A DNA stretch of 50,762 nt from Octopus bimaculoides (taxonomy: Eukaryota): contig NC_068984.1 of NCBI RefSeq assembly GCF_001194135.2, positions 50,107,205-50,157,966 on the forward strand, written 5' to 3'. A model generated the notes under the pieces. That model ran no database searches and was not told the origin of the DNA. It saw only the letters and a list, made by a program, of their open reading frames with translations. Positions 12,700-26,574 of the stretch are shown here, piece after piece (position 1 is the first letter of the stretch; the number at the start of each line of letters is the position of its first letter). The position numbers and the translations under genes were made by a program.

Positions 12700-13150
12700 C
12701 GTGAGAGAGAGAGAGAGCATATATATTTACATTGTTTGAGTGTGTGTATGTATGTGTATATGTGTGTATGAGTGTGTGTATGTATGTGTATATGTGTGTA
12801 TGAGTGTGCGTTTGCATGCAGGCTTAATTGTATGTGTATTTATATTTGCATTTGATATATATCTGAGATTTCGTAATGCTTGGAGTTCATATACATGCTT
12901 ACATATATACATACATACATACATACATACGCGCGCATATACGCACGCACACACACACACACACGCGCGCATACACACACACACACTCTCTCTCTGTCAA
13001 ACACATACATATGTATACTTTTATATATTTACATATATACATTCATAAAATATATATGTATATATGTACGAAATCTATCTATGAATATACGCACACATAC
13101 ATATACGTACATAGATACACAATGAATACATAAACATACATACATAACAA
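12700..13150. repeat. Compound (GT)/(TATG)/(TACA)/(CA) microsatellite block with a higher-order duplication at 12738-12810
   Basis: Direct inspection. Confidence 0.9.
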
Positions 13151-14184
13151 CCTCCATACACGTAGTGTAAGTTTCCTCTCACCAGAACATACAAGCGTAA
13201 AAGTAGATATAGTGTCCTGTAAGCTAAACACAAGTTGAACTACACTTCAAAAGTAGATAATTAATCTGCCCTTCTTGCCGCCATTATCCTCATGTTGACA
13301 GCAGGTAGCCACATATGTTTTATATGTGTGTGTGTGCATCTTTGTGGATGTGTATTTTTGCGGGTACGTGAGTGTATGTATTTATGCATTCATGTATGTT
13401 AATATTTATATACGTATGCACATATGTATGTATTTATAGTTGTATGTGTTTATATATTCTATGTATGTAGGTGTGTGTATTTTAGAAACGGTTAATGCTC
13501 ACTCCCACACATTCCACCTACAACTTTGATTTGAGAAATTCATATTTTTATTCCAGTTATCTTAGTTTATTTTGCAGTATTTTAGAAAGGTAAAGACCCG
13601 TGGGTGGGCAGGCTCGGCAGACAGTCAAAGAAAATATTTTCTACTACTTACTTCCATATTATTATGTTGTGATTTCTGTTTCTACCGAAGCGAAATTTGT
13701 CTTTTATATATATATATATGTGTGTGTGTGAGTTTATATATATATATATATATACTTTATCAATAAAACTGCAATGATATCAGAAAAACTGTTACTGTCC
13801 GACGAACAGGAAACTGAAACTCTTAGTTTTTGCGACAGTCTTTGCAGTTTTATTCAGTAACAGTCTTTGCAGCTTTATTAATAAAGGACATTACTCCACC
13901 TTCGGTATTCGGGTATTATTTTTTTTCCACCAAAGGAGACTTCTAATGGCGAAACCCAGAGGCGGAATTATGCATTTACCAATCCCATACTGCTGCTGCC
14001 GATACACTTAAACTATACATATGTCAGAGATACTTTCTGTAGATAAATACTTCAGTTTATCCGGTTTGCAACACAGTATAACTGCTTTAAGCATGATATA
14101 CAGATTGATACGTATATAAATATACGTATGTATGTATGATATATATGTACGTATGTATATACACATACATGTTAGTTTGTTTTT

Positions 14185-14278
14185 ATTAAAAACTGAAACG
14201 AGAATTTGTTTCGCGTCTCAAGTTTCACGCAGTGAAAAACTCAAGTCGGGAGACTAATTCTCAGTTTCATTTTCAATG
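14185..14278. repeat. Short imperfect inverted repeat, possible MITE remnant
   Basis: ATTAAAAACTGAAACGAGAATT versus AATTCTCAGTTTCATTTTCAAT (reverse complement ATTGAAAATGAAACTGAGAATT). Confidence 0.4.
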
Positions 14279-14351
14279 AAAAGCCATTTCCTGAACAACA
14301 AATATTGAGAACTATCTCATTCAGTCTCCATAAAGCAGCAGTATATATTTA

Positions 14352-14512
14352 TGTGGTAAGTAGCTTGCTTACCAACCACACGGTTACGGGTTCAGTCCCA
14401 CTGCGTGGCGCTTTGGGCGAGTGTCTTCTACTATAGCCTCGGGCCGACCAAAGCCTTGTGAGTGGATTTGGTAGACGGAAACTGAAAGAAGCCCGTCGTA
14501 TATATGTATATG

Positions 14513-14547
<35 letters not shown>

Positions 14548-14741
14548 TTATGTTTGTGTGTCTTGTTTGTCCCCCCCCAACCTCGCTTGACATATGATGC
14601 TGGTGTGTTTACGTCCCCGTAACTTAGCGGTTTGGAAAAAAGAGACCGATAGATTAAGTACTAGGCTTACAAAGAATAAGTCCTGGGGTCGATTTTCTCG
14701 ACTAAAGGCGGTGCTCCAGCATGGCCGCAGTCAAATGACTG
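14352..14741 (+). mobile_element. SINE family A, near full length and well conserved
   Basis: TGTGGTAAGTAGCTTGC (A-box region), GGGTTCAGTCCC (B-box-like), CORE-like TTGGGCGAGTGTC, internal (TA)(TG)n, tail CATGGCCGCAGTCAAATGACTG. Confidence 0.92.
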
Positions 14742-14822
14742 GGAGAATTTACGAAGGACAGGTGGTGTAAACAACAGAAGGATGTATTAGTTTAACGCTC
14801 GGGAATAGAGAAAGTCTTTAAC

Positions 14823-14871
<49 letters not shown>

Positions 14872-15094
14872 CATATATATTTGTGTGTATATATATATAT
14901 ATATATATATAGTTCGAATTTATAGAAAAAAGCGAAAAGAGGTGAGGGAATAACAAATAGTTGTATGTTTGACATTCGGGAAGAATGGCAAATTCATGAC
15001 GTTTGAAGCCTACGCTCTGCGGCTGAAAGGATTGAGAGGGGGGGAAATGGAGAGAGAGCGAAAAAAAACGGAGAAAGAATGTGTAGGGCTTAAC

Positions 15095-15215
15095 GGCTTA
15101 TATATATGTACATGTGTGTGTGTGTGTATGCATGTATGTGTGTATGTATGTATGTGTGTATGTATGTATGTATGTATGTATGCATATATGTATGTATGTA
15201 TGCGAATATGTATAC
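15095..15215. repeat. (TA)/(TG)/(TATG)n microsatellite
   Basis: Direct inspection. Confidence 0.9.
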
Positions 15216-15549
15216 TTGTTCAACACTTTGTTTAATACGTAATCAATTCCAATATATTACAATACCCACAATACTGTATTCAATGCAATAATCAATCACA
15301 ATAGGATGTATCATATATACTGCATTCAATACGATATTCAATTCTGATTTCAATGCAATATTTTGCAATAAATTTATAACATTTTTTCATTTCTTTATTT
15401 ATTGTTGCTCAGTGCTTCATTTATAATTTAGTATTATATACTTAATTACAGCAACTCCTATTTCTCACACATATGTTTATTTTCTTTGTAAATCTTTGAT
15501 ACTGCAGCTAATTTACTCAATTTGCAATCGCTTTGGTCGATATATTTGA

Positions 15550-15611
15550 GCTTACTCTTATTGCTTACTTTCTGTCCATTGCTTACTCTTATTGCTTATT
15601 TTCTGTCCACT
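15550..15611. repeat. 31-bp tandem duplication
   Basis: GCTTACTCTTATTGCTTA(C/T)TTTCTGTCCA(T/C)T twice, starting at 15550 and 15581. Confidence 0.9.
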
Positions 15612-15953
15612 GGTTCCTTATATATTTTGTTGTAAGGTACTGAGCTAAATTCGCTAGCATATGTTGATAGTGGTCTCTGCCTCTCTCTCAAAACTGATTT
15701 ATCTCTCTCCTCTTTTTTTATCCTTTACATCAATGATTTAGACACTGTCAGTTCTGACTGGGTTTTTCTGGCAGTTGACATCACAGTAAAGTCTTTCATA
15801 ATTCAATGTCTTGAAAATTCGTTTGCATTCAAACCAGTCATTTCCCAACAGATGTTGTTTGTAGACGACCCTTCAGTACAAATACGATCAACTAAGTTCC
15901 ATTCAAGCAAAAATAAAAATATTCTTTTCAAGGAGACATCCTTAACGTTACTT

Positions 15954-15956
<3 letters not shown>

Positions 15957-16007
<51 letters not shown>
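15957..16007. repeat. (AC)n microsatellite
   Basis: Direct inspection. Confidence 0.98.
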
Positions 16008-16008
<1 letters not shown>

Positions 16009-19000
16009 TTGTAGATTTGCTTTTATTTTCAAAGCAAAAAAGTATTTTAGAAACTCACTCCAACATGAATTTTACAGCACATCTATCTGGTTGCCATCCC
16101 TATTCATACACACATTTCGGTGTACGAACATGTCTGTCAACATAGTTTATCTGTTGTATTATATAAGCATCTAGTAGTATAGTAGTCTGTGTATTCGTCA
16201 CTGCTCCGACAGTAAGATGGTACATTTTCAGAGTCACTCATTAACCACATGTCTCTCAGTAACTTGTACCTATATTAAAAACAAAAGTCCTCTAAACTGG
16301 CTGAGAGTATACTACCACCATATTTTACCTTCTTATTTCAACTCACTTTCTTTTCCTTGTTAACCTTGTGGTGTTCCTTCTCGTGACCTTAAATATTTGC
16401 AGTTTGCCCTGTTGTTTTATTCTCAAAACATCATCGAAGTCTCTCAACGTCATCTTGTAAAAAAAAAACAAAAAAAACACACATTGTCAAAATTCCACTC
16501 CATATAAATTATACGAACTTAACAAAATTGGCATTGAAATGCTGTGGAGATTGCTTTGATTCATCAAACTAAGTTTTGAAGAAGATTTAGTCTAAATATC
16601 ACTAACTGTTTGAAACCCTGCCAGCAGACCGATTCTCGATCAGTTTTATCTGAGAGTTACAGTCTAATCATGGAGTTCCCCTTAACAGTACATTCGGTGG
16701 CAGCCTGAGAGGACACATGGACAATGAAGTCCGGATCGGGTAGATTTACTGTCAAGCTTTGAATGATTGTGAAATAACCCCGTGGCTGCTCGGTCAGTGT
16801 TTGCCTGGGAGATAACAAAACGGCAAATAAACTAGCAATAAATCTTCTTTTGAAATGGTAGATCTCGAAGCAAATAAAGCTATAAGTAAGAGCGTGAAAA
16901 TATTGAGTTAAAACCCCTTGGGTAGAATAAGTCGAAGGCTGCTCGTAGAATACGAACCCACATCAGTAAATATGACAGGAGTTCAGCAACAATAGTTTTT
17001 CGAGAAAAATATCAATGTATGTAATGATTTCTGCCAGTGGCTCTAAGCCATGGTTTGTATAGTCGATGTAATCGACAGCAGTTTTTAATTTTAGAATGAT
17101 GAATGAACCAATGGATGAATGAAAGTAGAAATTAGAAAGATACTGAGTGTTAGTTTAACAAAAATAACTTTGTTTGCGTATCTGAAATTAACAGATGGCT
17201 GCTGTCGTTATAATTGCTCATGTCACAACACATATATCATTATCTTTTTATTCAAGATTACGTAACATTTCGTTTGATAGCGTCGTACTAAATAGAGATC
17301 TATTGCATAGTTAGACAGACAGAGCAGTTAAAGTAAAAGCCTCTTCTTTGAAATGTTATGAGCTAACATCCTATAACTAGTACTCTGCTTTGTTTTGGAT
17401 GCAATAGTGATAACTTCACTACACATATTCTTAGTAAGTAGGAAACATGCTGTTCGAAGTACCAATCTGTAAGGAAGTCGATTAGTAGAACCATTAAGCG
17501 CTGAACAAAATATCTCGCAGTATTTAGATACAGCGATTTCTGTTCTGAGGCCGAGTTATCTTTTCGTCATTAAGAGATTGATATAACTGACTCAACTTCC
17601 TTCCCATAAAATTAACAGGATATTTCACTTATTCGGGGATATTTCCGATCAAAGAACTAATTTCAGTTATCCGAATTAGTGCGAACAACTAACATAGTAA
17701 TAAATATTTATTTGGTGGGAAATGATTTTAGAAAATACCCAAGAAAATGACAAGCGTCTGAATCAAAATGACAAGCGTCTGAAACCTTCATCCAGCAGAA
17801 TAGAGTATTAAACAAAAAACAGAAAACAAGTTCAAATACTGGAAGTGGGAACAGTCTATAAAGGTGTATACTACATATGAGCTACATCTACAACTTCATC
17901 CCAGTTAAATTAAGACCAATATACTCTATTTAATGCACTGCAAGTGCTCATGAGAAAGGTACAGTATTTTGCATTCCTTTCCTCTTTTAAGTTACTGGCT
18001 TGTATCGATATGATAGATCAATACGTTATGAGTCAAAAATCCTCACCTTAATTTTCAGTTTTTATGCCACCATGTAACACTGTATTACCTTATTCTAAGA
18101 TGAGCTTATTCGAATAGTGGGTTTCTAAGAATATGCTACTAGGATTGCATTTATCTCTATGATCTAAAAAGAACTGCACGATTACAGTATTTATGTATTT
18201 CATATTTTGATGTATTCCATATTCCACTAGGTCATATGATCACAAGTGCAGAGTTAATAATATAGTGTATCTTAACTGGATTAGAAAAGTTCGAATTGAA
18301 CTGTGTCAAATTCAGTTCTTAGAAAAGTCAAATATATAGTTTTGCTGTAAATTCGTGAAGTTGTTTCAACATAACGACACCTATTTGCAGCCAGGTAGAC
18401 TGGGCTTTTAAGAGTTAAGCGTTTCAGTTACAGACACAATACAATGCAGTTACAGGATACGACATTTAGACTGTTTATCCAGTAGCCTATCGACATCTCT
18501 TTCTGTATTTTCTCGGTTGTACATACTTACAAACAAACAATGTTATGTACTATATTGAGATATATGAGGAATAGGATTGCTTTAACACAATTGAGAAAAA
18601 GGATGTAATTATATCGGTGAAAAAAATATCTTGATTACATACACTGTTCCTTTATTGATCCTCACTTTAATATTCCAGTTATATCTTGCATGGAGATATA
18701 TGAACTGAATATTTAGGTGAAGATCATTAACTAATAGTGTTGACCACTCATGTTGATAGGAGCCCCTAATGTTATAGAGAAGAGAATAATTAAATAATGA
18801 AGCACAAATTCATTTCTCGAAGGCTTTCGCAGTGTAATAATTGGACTAATCAGCTTGTAAGTAAGCTGAAATAAATTGTTACCAGTAAAATCGAAAAAGT
18901 CATAATATTTATGTCTTAAATATCAATGTTGTCCATTTAGATTACATGGAAGTTTTTATATTCTGTTTTGAACAAGGGTTCTTACACAGATACTTCTTGC

Positions 19001-19584
19001 ACTTTTGGCAGTTTTTAAAATAATTTTCCAATTTAGTTGTCAACGTACTAGGGAAAATATATGAAGTCAATTGCTTTAAGTTTGCTCTGTTGGACATACC
19101 CATCAACGAGCGATTAACCATATCAATTTAAAACATTGAAAAGTTTCAAACTGCTTCGGAGCTCGTCTGAAGAAAGTAAAAGAGGACTGATTACCATACG
19201 AGTGAAATAAAGAACACATATATCTAGTTAATGGAAAGAACTTACATATCCATCATCAGAAAATGTGTTTAAACAAGTAACTTCTATCAAAAGTACCTGA
19301 AAGCAACACAATGTTCTGTGTAAGATAATTCGCAGATTTCGACTCATTCATTCCAAGTGTAAATATAGACACAATACACGCGCGCGCGCGCGCGCACACA
19401 CGATCTTAGTTACATCTAAAATAGTTCAATTAGATGTTGGATTTACAATCATGAAATGTTTAACTGTAATCCTGTTGCAATTAAGCGTGTAATTGTAACG
19501 ATCACGAAATCACTAGACATAGTAAAGAAAAGGCTTTATAGGTCGAATGTCGTCTTGAAGAATGTATGCGAGCTAAAATAGCTT

Positions 19585-19790
19585 ACAATTTTGGTTTCAA
19601 ATTTTGACACAAGGCGAGCAGTTTTGGGGAGGGGTAAGTAGATGACATCGACCCCAGTGTTCAACCACTACTTATTTTATTCATCTCGAAAGGATGACAG
19701 GCAAAGTGGAACTCGGCGGAATTTGAAATGAGAACGTAAAGTCAGACAAAATTGCCGCAAAGCATTTTGCACGATGCCTTCGATATAAGA
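19585..19790 (-). mobile_element. SINE family B (tRNA head plus conserved central domain GCCTTTCATCCTTTCGGGGTCGATAAA-type)
   Basis: TTTCAAATTTTGACACAAGG...CATCGACCCCAGTG...AAAGGATGACAGGCAAAGTGGAACTCGGCGGAATTTGAA, collinear with 44605-44810. Confidence 0.85.
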
Positions 19791-21344
19791 AACATAAATG
19801 CTTTGATATTAGAAACATAAAAAGTAAAATTAATGTAGTGTATGTTTTTACTGATAATTTAATTAACGATTATTTGTTGACACAAAAGACGAGATTTTGA
19901 GGGACACAGACATTTACAAAAGAAGAGAAGTTGAAAAATAATGGTAAACATGATTCATTCGACAGTATTGGTGTTGATCATGATAAATTTCCAAATAAAT
20001 TGAAGGAATAATCAGAATTGGTATCAATACTCGAGGAAATTGATGAGGAATTGATCTGACAGACAGAGATCTGTTCTCTAGTATTCCAGCAATATTCTCT
20101 AGTATTTCAACAATAGCCAACAGGCTATTGTCAGCAGGGAGACGAAAACTGTTTGTTCTTCTTGTCAAAGGAAACAAGTGGAATGATATTTACAAAATAC
20201 TCATCCGACAGCCGTATCCGTTCAAGACAACTCCATTTGTGAATAATGCTCGGTAACTGAACAAATGTGAGTAGAACGTTTTTGTTGCTCTATGCTACCC
20301 GGGTGTGCTCAACTGACAAAGCTTCTGTAGAGCTTGTTACGAATCGGAAGCATTGCAAAAGTATTTCTGGAAGCCGTTCATAGGTTCCGTGCTGCAAGTT
20401 TATACACCGCAACTACAGCATCGGAACGCTCGCAAACACCATTAGTGGGAGTGATTTCAATGTACCATATACCTACTAACTTCCAAATAGTAGAACAAAA
20501 TGGATAACACAATAGCATCAAAACTAAACTATCTTTTATTATAAATGACCGTCCCTAACACATGCATACTAAGTCAACCGCAACATTTCCTCATCAGGCA
20601 TGATGTTCAACTCCACGCAACAGAGATATGCCTACAGGCATTTCAACTTCGTCTCTCGTGCAAATAGTTCTCCAACTTACCTTGGGCCAATACTCTCACG
20701 TTAATGGTGAGAGTAAAAATATGAAGAAAACACTTCTACGGTTTCCAGATGATTTAATCTAAGAAATTAAATCAAGATTTTCACAATCTTTCACATGATT
20801 TTCACAATTTTTCACAAAAGTTTCTCTTCACAACCACCAACATAAACGCGGATACAAATATTTTAAGAAAAATAATAGGATTTACAATCAGAAAGTCATA
20901 TCGCATTAGGAAATGGGTTGAAAGAAGGAGAGAAAAGACGTGAGAAAAAATAAGGTGAAGGAGAAAGAGAAAAAAATCTAAAAAAAAACGAGCAACAAAA
21001 AATGTAAGTTTAAAGTATAAATAGAATCTCAAGAAGTTAAGGGAACATGCTGAAAAAAACACCGGAGGTTCAGTTGTATTAGCATGAAATTTCTTAAATT
21101 AGAATAGATGTGTTAAAACAATTGAACCAACCACTTCTCCGTTTCCTGATAATCTCTGATATTAGATGTCACGACTTTGAAGAGGTATTATATTTTAATT
21201 GTAAATTGAATAAGTACGAGCCATAGAGTGAGAGAGAGAAAGAAAGAAGTAAACAAATGAAAAAAATAACATTAGAAGAATCATAAGTCATTTCTACTGG
21301 CTACAAAGTATTGATAATAAACGTGGAAATACTACTAATTAATA

Positions 21345-21545
21345 AACATTTCTAATTTAGACACAAGGCAGGCAATTTTTGAAGGGCGTGTATCGATTAA
21401 ATCAACACTTATACATGACTGGTACTTTTATTGTTCGCAGAGGGATGAGAAGAAGAAGAAAAAAAAAACAAATGTTGACATTGGCTGGATTTGAAATCAG
21501 AACGTATAACATTGTAACTAAATGCCGATAGAAATATTGATCGCC
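21345..21545 (-). mobile_element. SINE family B, decayed
   Basis: ACACAAGGCAGGCAATTTT...ACTGGTACT...GGATTTGAAATCAGAACGT. Confidence 0.7.
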
Positions 21546-21599
21546 GGCTCCCAAGGTTCAACTATTCTCCCAGTACTCGTAACACTATCAAAATAAACC

Positions 21600-22010
21600 T
21601 TTCATCTATAAGCACAAGGCCTGAAATTTCGAGAGATGGGGCATGTTGTGGACATTAACGCCAGTAATCAGCTAAAGTAGGGGTTTTCAAACTGTGGTCC
21701 GCGGTCCACAGGGGGTCCGCAGACAGCAAATACTTTTTATGGGCAATTTGATTTTATATATGTTTTTTAATCGAAATCTTTTAATTGACAATAAACCTAT
21801 TTGTTAAATACTGTTAAATAAATAAATGTAAAAATATATGTTATTTTAAGCAAATATTTATGTATAAGTTTCATAAGCGTTTATAAGGGGTTCCCTAAGG
21901 TAAAGCCTAAAATATAAAGGGGTCCGCATGTCAAAAAGTTTGAAAACCCCTGACCTAAAGAACGAAAAACAAAGTCAGCGTCGGCGGAATTTAAACTCAG
22001 ACGTAACGCT
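21600..22010 (-). mobile_element. SINE family B copy interrupted by the hAT MITE
   Basis: GCACAAGGCCTGAAATTT before the MITE and CAAAGTCAGCGTCGGCGGAATTTAAACTCAG after it. Confidence 0.6.
21678..21952. mobile_element. hAT-superfamily MITE (275 bp)
   Basis: TIRs TAGGGGTTTTCAAACT and AGTTTGAAAACCCCTG; subterminal GGGGTCCGC motifs; 8-bp TSD AGCTAAAG (21670-21677) and ACCTAAAG (21953-21960), 7/8 identical. Confidence 0.9.
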
Positions 22011-22039
22011 GTCATAGAAATAAAGATGGAACATAATTC

Positions 22040-22143
22040 TTTTCTGCTCTAGGCACAAGAACCGAAATTTTGGAGGTACTTAATTTATCGACACCGAAAG
22101 GATGAAGGGCAAAGTCGATCTCGGCGGAATTTGAACTCAGAAC
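22040..22143 (-). mobile_element. SINE family B, internally deleted
   Basis: GGCACAAGAACCGAAATTTT...ATCGACACCGAAAGGATGAAGGGCAAAGTCGATCTCGGCGGAATTTGAACTCAGAACG. Confidence 0.8.
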
Positions 22144-22164
22144 GCCCACATCCTACTATATTAT

Positions 22165-22370
22165 TTTCTACTCAAGGCACAAGGTCTGAAATTTTGGGGG
22201 AGGGGTTGATTAGATCACCCCCAGTACGCAACTGGTACTTAACTTATCGACGCCGAAAGGATGAAAGGCAAAGTCGACCTCGGCGGAATTTGTATTCAGA
22301 AGGTAAAGATAGACGAAATACAGCTAAGAATTTTACCCTGCGTGCTAACGTTTCTGCCAGCACGCCACCC
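22165..22370 (-). mobile_element. SINE family B, near full length
   Basis: GGCACAAGG...CCCCAGTACGCAACTGGTACTT...GAAAGGATGAAAGGCAAAGTCGACCTCGGCGGAATTT...GTGCTAACGTTTCTGCCAGC. Confidence 0.9.
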
Positions 22371-22384
22371 TGAAATACATTAAA

Positions 22385-22522
22385 TATTGGTTTTGAAATT
22401 TTGGACAAGGTCAGCAGTTTTGGAGAAGGGGCTAAGTCGATTACATCGACTCCAGCGCTCAACTAGTACTTATTTTATCGACCCTCCGAAAGGCGTTCTA
22501 ATGTTTCAGCCAGCTCACCGCC
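22385..22522 (-). mobile_element. SINE family B, internally deleted
   Basis: TTTTGAAATTTTGGACAAGG...GTCGATTACATCGACTCCAG...TTTTATCGACCC...GCCAGCTCACCGCC. Confidence 0.8.
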
Positions 22523-23289
22523 TTAACTACATCGAATATTAGGAAAACATTTAGAAGCGTATCGTTTAGAATAAATAATTATAGAAGTACTTCTTTAGAT
22601 TTCATGTAGAATTTCCGAGTATCTATCTATGTATCTGTTTATCTGTCTGTCTTTATTTAAACAAAATAAGAGTTGTTTTTTTCTGTTTTATTTATTCGCT
22701 ATCAAATATTAGCGAATAAATAATACCAAATTTGTTTTTTCCAATCTCCCTATTTTGATATGAAATTTCTTTGGAAAAATATTTTCCAACATTTTTCAGC
22801 TATCATGCATAAGTCACCCAAATATTACAACAATGTACTGTTTTGGAGTACTGGCATGAGCAGATGTGCTTCAAGAGGACATAGCTTGGATTATAACCCT
22901 ATCTGCATACTATTCTGCTCATATATAATCCACTTGATTATATTTCAATATAAGCGATTATTGCTGTTAAACTTTTTAGATGCGAAGAAAGAAAACAAAC
23001 GTTTGATTTGAATAAATAATATCAAAGAAATTTTTCTAATCTTCTGTTTTGATATGTTATTAATCTACAAAAAAATATTTCGTAGTAGTTTTAAACATTT
23101 ATGCATACCTCACAAATATAAAATCTGGAATACTGCAATATGCAAATCTGCTTCAAGAAGACAGACCATATCTACATACTATGTATGTGTGTGTCTGTGT
23201 ATCTATTGAAACACACACACAAGAATATATGTGTACACACACACACATAAGAATCTATTTATCTCTGTGTGTGTGTGTGTGTGTGTGTA

Positions 23290-23915
23290 TGGTATTCTGA
23301 GCTGTCGTCTTTTGCACACTTCTCTACGGCAGTGGATTTGGGTGTTGTATCGACGTGACTTGAAGACAACCGAACGTCTCCAACAGCACAAACTTCGCGC
23401 AATCATTGGGATTCCATGGAAGGATTATATTACCAATGAAAAGGTTCTACTCCGCCTGACTGTCCATCTTTGAAGCTGCTATGACACGACACCACCTACG
23501 CTGGTCGGGACACATCATACGTCTGCCTCATACACACCTTCCCTGTCAACTCCTCTTTGTGGAGTTGACTTCAGGCACCAGACCACGAGGAGTTCCAAAA
23601 TTCCATTTCCGTAGCTCACGGTTACTCTCCTCTGCTGTTCTTTTGACCCAAATATCTGGGAGACAATTGCCAAGGGCCACGCAAAGTGTCAGTATGTCAT
23701 CGTCATAAGAACAGACCAGATGAAAAATAGCAGACATCAAGAGGTAGAGCTCAGACGTCAAAGACGGGAAGAGCGACTTGCATTTCAACGTTCCCCGCCA
23801 ACTCTTCCCTTCGATAAATGCTCCCAGCTCTTCTATACTTCCCTTTGCCTGAACAGCTAACTCAGGCATCGAAACCTTTCGTACTCATCGGGATGAAGAG
23901 GCTCAATCACTCGCT
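23290..23915 (+). mobile_element. RTE-clade LINE, 5'-truncated 3' end, decayed
   Basis: Translations WVLYRRDLKTTERLQQHKLRAIIGIPWKDYITNEKVL and HHLRWSGHIIRLPHTHLPCQLLFVELTSGTRPRGVPK match RTE C-terminal motifs (WTLYRRH...FHQRCLRSIL.I.W.D..TN.EVL; LRW.GHV.RM...RLPKQLLYGEL..G.R..G.PK). Confidence 0.88.
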
Positions 23916-23955
23916 ACAGATTAACTACTCGGTTATGAGTTAATGCTGTCGACAA

Positions 23956-24000
<45 letters not shown>

Positions 24001-24174
24001 AGCAAACTTTGCAGATTTATATGGATTGTCGTGCGAAAGAGAAGTCATCCAATAGTTTTCTGTGTATGCGCATAAATATACATACATATACAAGAGCTCA
24101 GACTTGATCATTGGTTTTAGAACAATATTCCCGCTTTCCTCCTGTAGATCACGGACACCCTGATAAAAAGTACA

Positions 24175-24460
24175 TTGCGAGGATGATTAGTGTGCTGCAC
24201 TCACGTGCTGCAAGATCGTGGTTTCAGTTCCCGGACCGGGTGGTGCGTTGTGTTCTTGAGCAAAACACTTCATCTTACGACATTTCGACACCTGGCGCAT
24301 GGTACACATTGCACCTGTTCAGATAACATCGATTTGATGGAGGGAGTGAGCTAATGTGCGGCACGAACACTTGATTGCTATAAACAAATCATTAGTGCAA
24401 GTCGTTCGGCAAAGGCTGAACGCTCATACGTCGTCTTCGATGGGAGAGTCCATCGCGCGC
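24175..24460 (+). mobile_element. tRNA-derived SINE, further family
   Basis: tRNA-like head (TAGTGTGCTGCACTC...GTGGTTTCAGTTCCCGG) followed by TGTGTTCTTGAGCAAAACACTTCAT, a CORE-like segment; single copy in the window. Confidence 0.55.
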
Positions 24461-24461
24461 A

Positions 24462-24572
24462 TGCGCACGCACACACACACACACACACACACGCACACAC
24501 GCACACATACACACACACACGCATGCACACACACGCACACACACGAACGTAATCCAGGGCCTGAACTCGTAG

Positions 24573-24603
<31 letters not shown>

Positions 24604-24610
24604 TATATAT
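24462..24610. repeat. (CA)n/(CG)/(TA)n microsatellite
   Basis: Direct inspection. Confidence 0.9.
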
Positions 24611-26143
24611 GTATGCCTGAGTGAATGTAAGTGTTGGTGCATGTGAGTTTGTATGTATGTACATAATCAAGAATTGCATTTCTTTGCAGGGGTTGAATAT
24701 GTAAATGAATTGCACTACATATGAATAATTTGTTTATTTGCTTGTTTGGATGTGTATGTGTACGAAGGTGCATGGATGTTTTTACGTGTATATATGTCTG
24801 TCATTCAGCCTGCACCAGCAGACATTTTGTACATTCAAATACAATCGAGTCTTACGGATTTGTTTTCCTTCAGTCCCAGTGAAGTTTGTTATTTCGCTAG
24901 ACTCCTCTTTTTTTTTTTTTTGTATTTGACGTTAGGTCCTACGTTAAGCACCCCCGGACCCGACAAAATTAAATACTCATCAACCTACACCAATTAAGTC
25001 TCTCTTTCTGTTTCTCTGGCTGAAAGTAAACGATTTAAACTTACGTCCCAATCCACCCTCTCTCGCCTCTTTTAAGCAATAGTTCCGACCGGATATCCTA
25101 AACGTGTTTGACTAACTTGACTGTAATTATTTATTTATTCACGCACAACATACAGTGCGAAATTGCGCTAAGAGGAGATAAACTCATACACACGAGGAAC
25201 ATACTCCAAACACACACGCGGTTATGTATATATATTCGTATGCATGTAGATAAAATATATATGAATGTATTTATGTATGAACAAATCTATGTATGAGTGC
25301 ATTTAAACTAGTTCATCTGTATGTATATACAAAACGTATGTATACATGTCATTTATGTACTTCTGCATGTGAATGTATGCATATATTGAGTATATGTATT
25401 TATCTATACACGTGAGTATTCATGAATAGATACATAACATATACAACTATGTGCATATGAAATTTATGTGTTTTCTTCCTGTTTGAAGATTTTGGGTATA
25501 TTTAGACCAACCACCTGCTTAGTCACAAAATTGTCAAGAAAAATAAGCTACAAAAAACGGTTCTCCTGTTTTTCTTATTTCTCTCTCTTTCTTTTTCTCT
25601 TTCCGCCCTCTCTTCCTCTCTCTCTCTCGCACTCGTTCTCTTTCTCTTTCCTGTTCATTTAGTCATACACTCTTCATATATATTTGTACATGTAATTGTG
25701 TTTTTACTTAAAGTAGTTTTCAACTAAAAGGATCTGAAAAGTTCAGAATATCATTGAAAGAATTCAACGTTTAGACATTATATAATATTTCTGAGGGAAG
25801 TGGTGGGGAAAAATCTGAAGACTATTTCTAAGTTTTATAATGAGATTGTGTAGTCTCATTTTCAGGATGTTTATACTTCAAAAGTAGCCACTGATGTTTA
25901 GCCATAGGTCGAACCGTTATTACCCTATATTATATTCGAACTCATAAGCCAACGTAACTTCCCTTTTTCCAAGAAAACAAGATGTAATGTGAAGAAAATT
26001 TAGTTGCTAGTTTTAGTATGCCGAGCAACCTCCAAGAGGTTTACCTGATAGCTCTTGTTTCAATAGTTCATTTCTGCTGTTCTTATAGAAAATTTTGATT
26101 TTATGTTTCTGTAAGACACTGATATGTACTTATATTTTATCGT

Positions 26144-26357
26144 TTATCTTTTACTTGTTTCAGTCATTGTAATACGGCCATGCTGGTGCCCCACCTTAAA
26201 GGTGAACCAGCATGTTTAGTCGAACAGGTTGACCATTTACTTATTTAAGTCTGGTATTTATTCTATTGGCATATTTTGCCGCATCGCTAAATTATAGAGC
26301 CTTAAACACTGGTTATAAAGCGGTGGTGGGAAAAGATAGAGGCAAAAAGACACACAG

Positions 26358-26393
<36 letters not shown>

Positions 26394-26574
26394 ACACGTA
26401 TAGAATAAACTTCCGCACAGTTTCTGTCTACCACAAGGCATTTGTTGGGGCGTATCTGTCTCTCGCAAGGCATTTGTCGGACAGAGGCTACAGTAAAAGA
26501 AACTTACCCAAGTTACGGCGCAGTGGGACTGAACCTAAAACCATGTGGTTGCAAAGCGAACTTTTAAATCACTC
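26144..26574 (-). mobile_element. SINE family A
   Basis: TTTTACTTGTTTCAGTCATT...(CA)n...CAGTGGGACTGAACCTAAAACCATGTGGTT. Confidence 0.82.

Noticed and set aside
19378-19396. (CG)n runs as Z-DNA elements (also 42292-42304)
   Set aside because: Part of ordinary (CA)/(CG) microsatellite turnover seen throughout the window; nothing locus-specific.
19914-20177. 87-aa minus-strand ORF and neighbouring 20200-20470 segment (possible exon or mariner 5' end)
   Set aside because: No recognisable motif, no convincing splice pair or TIR.
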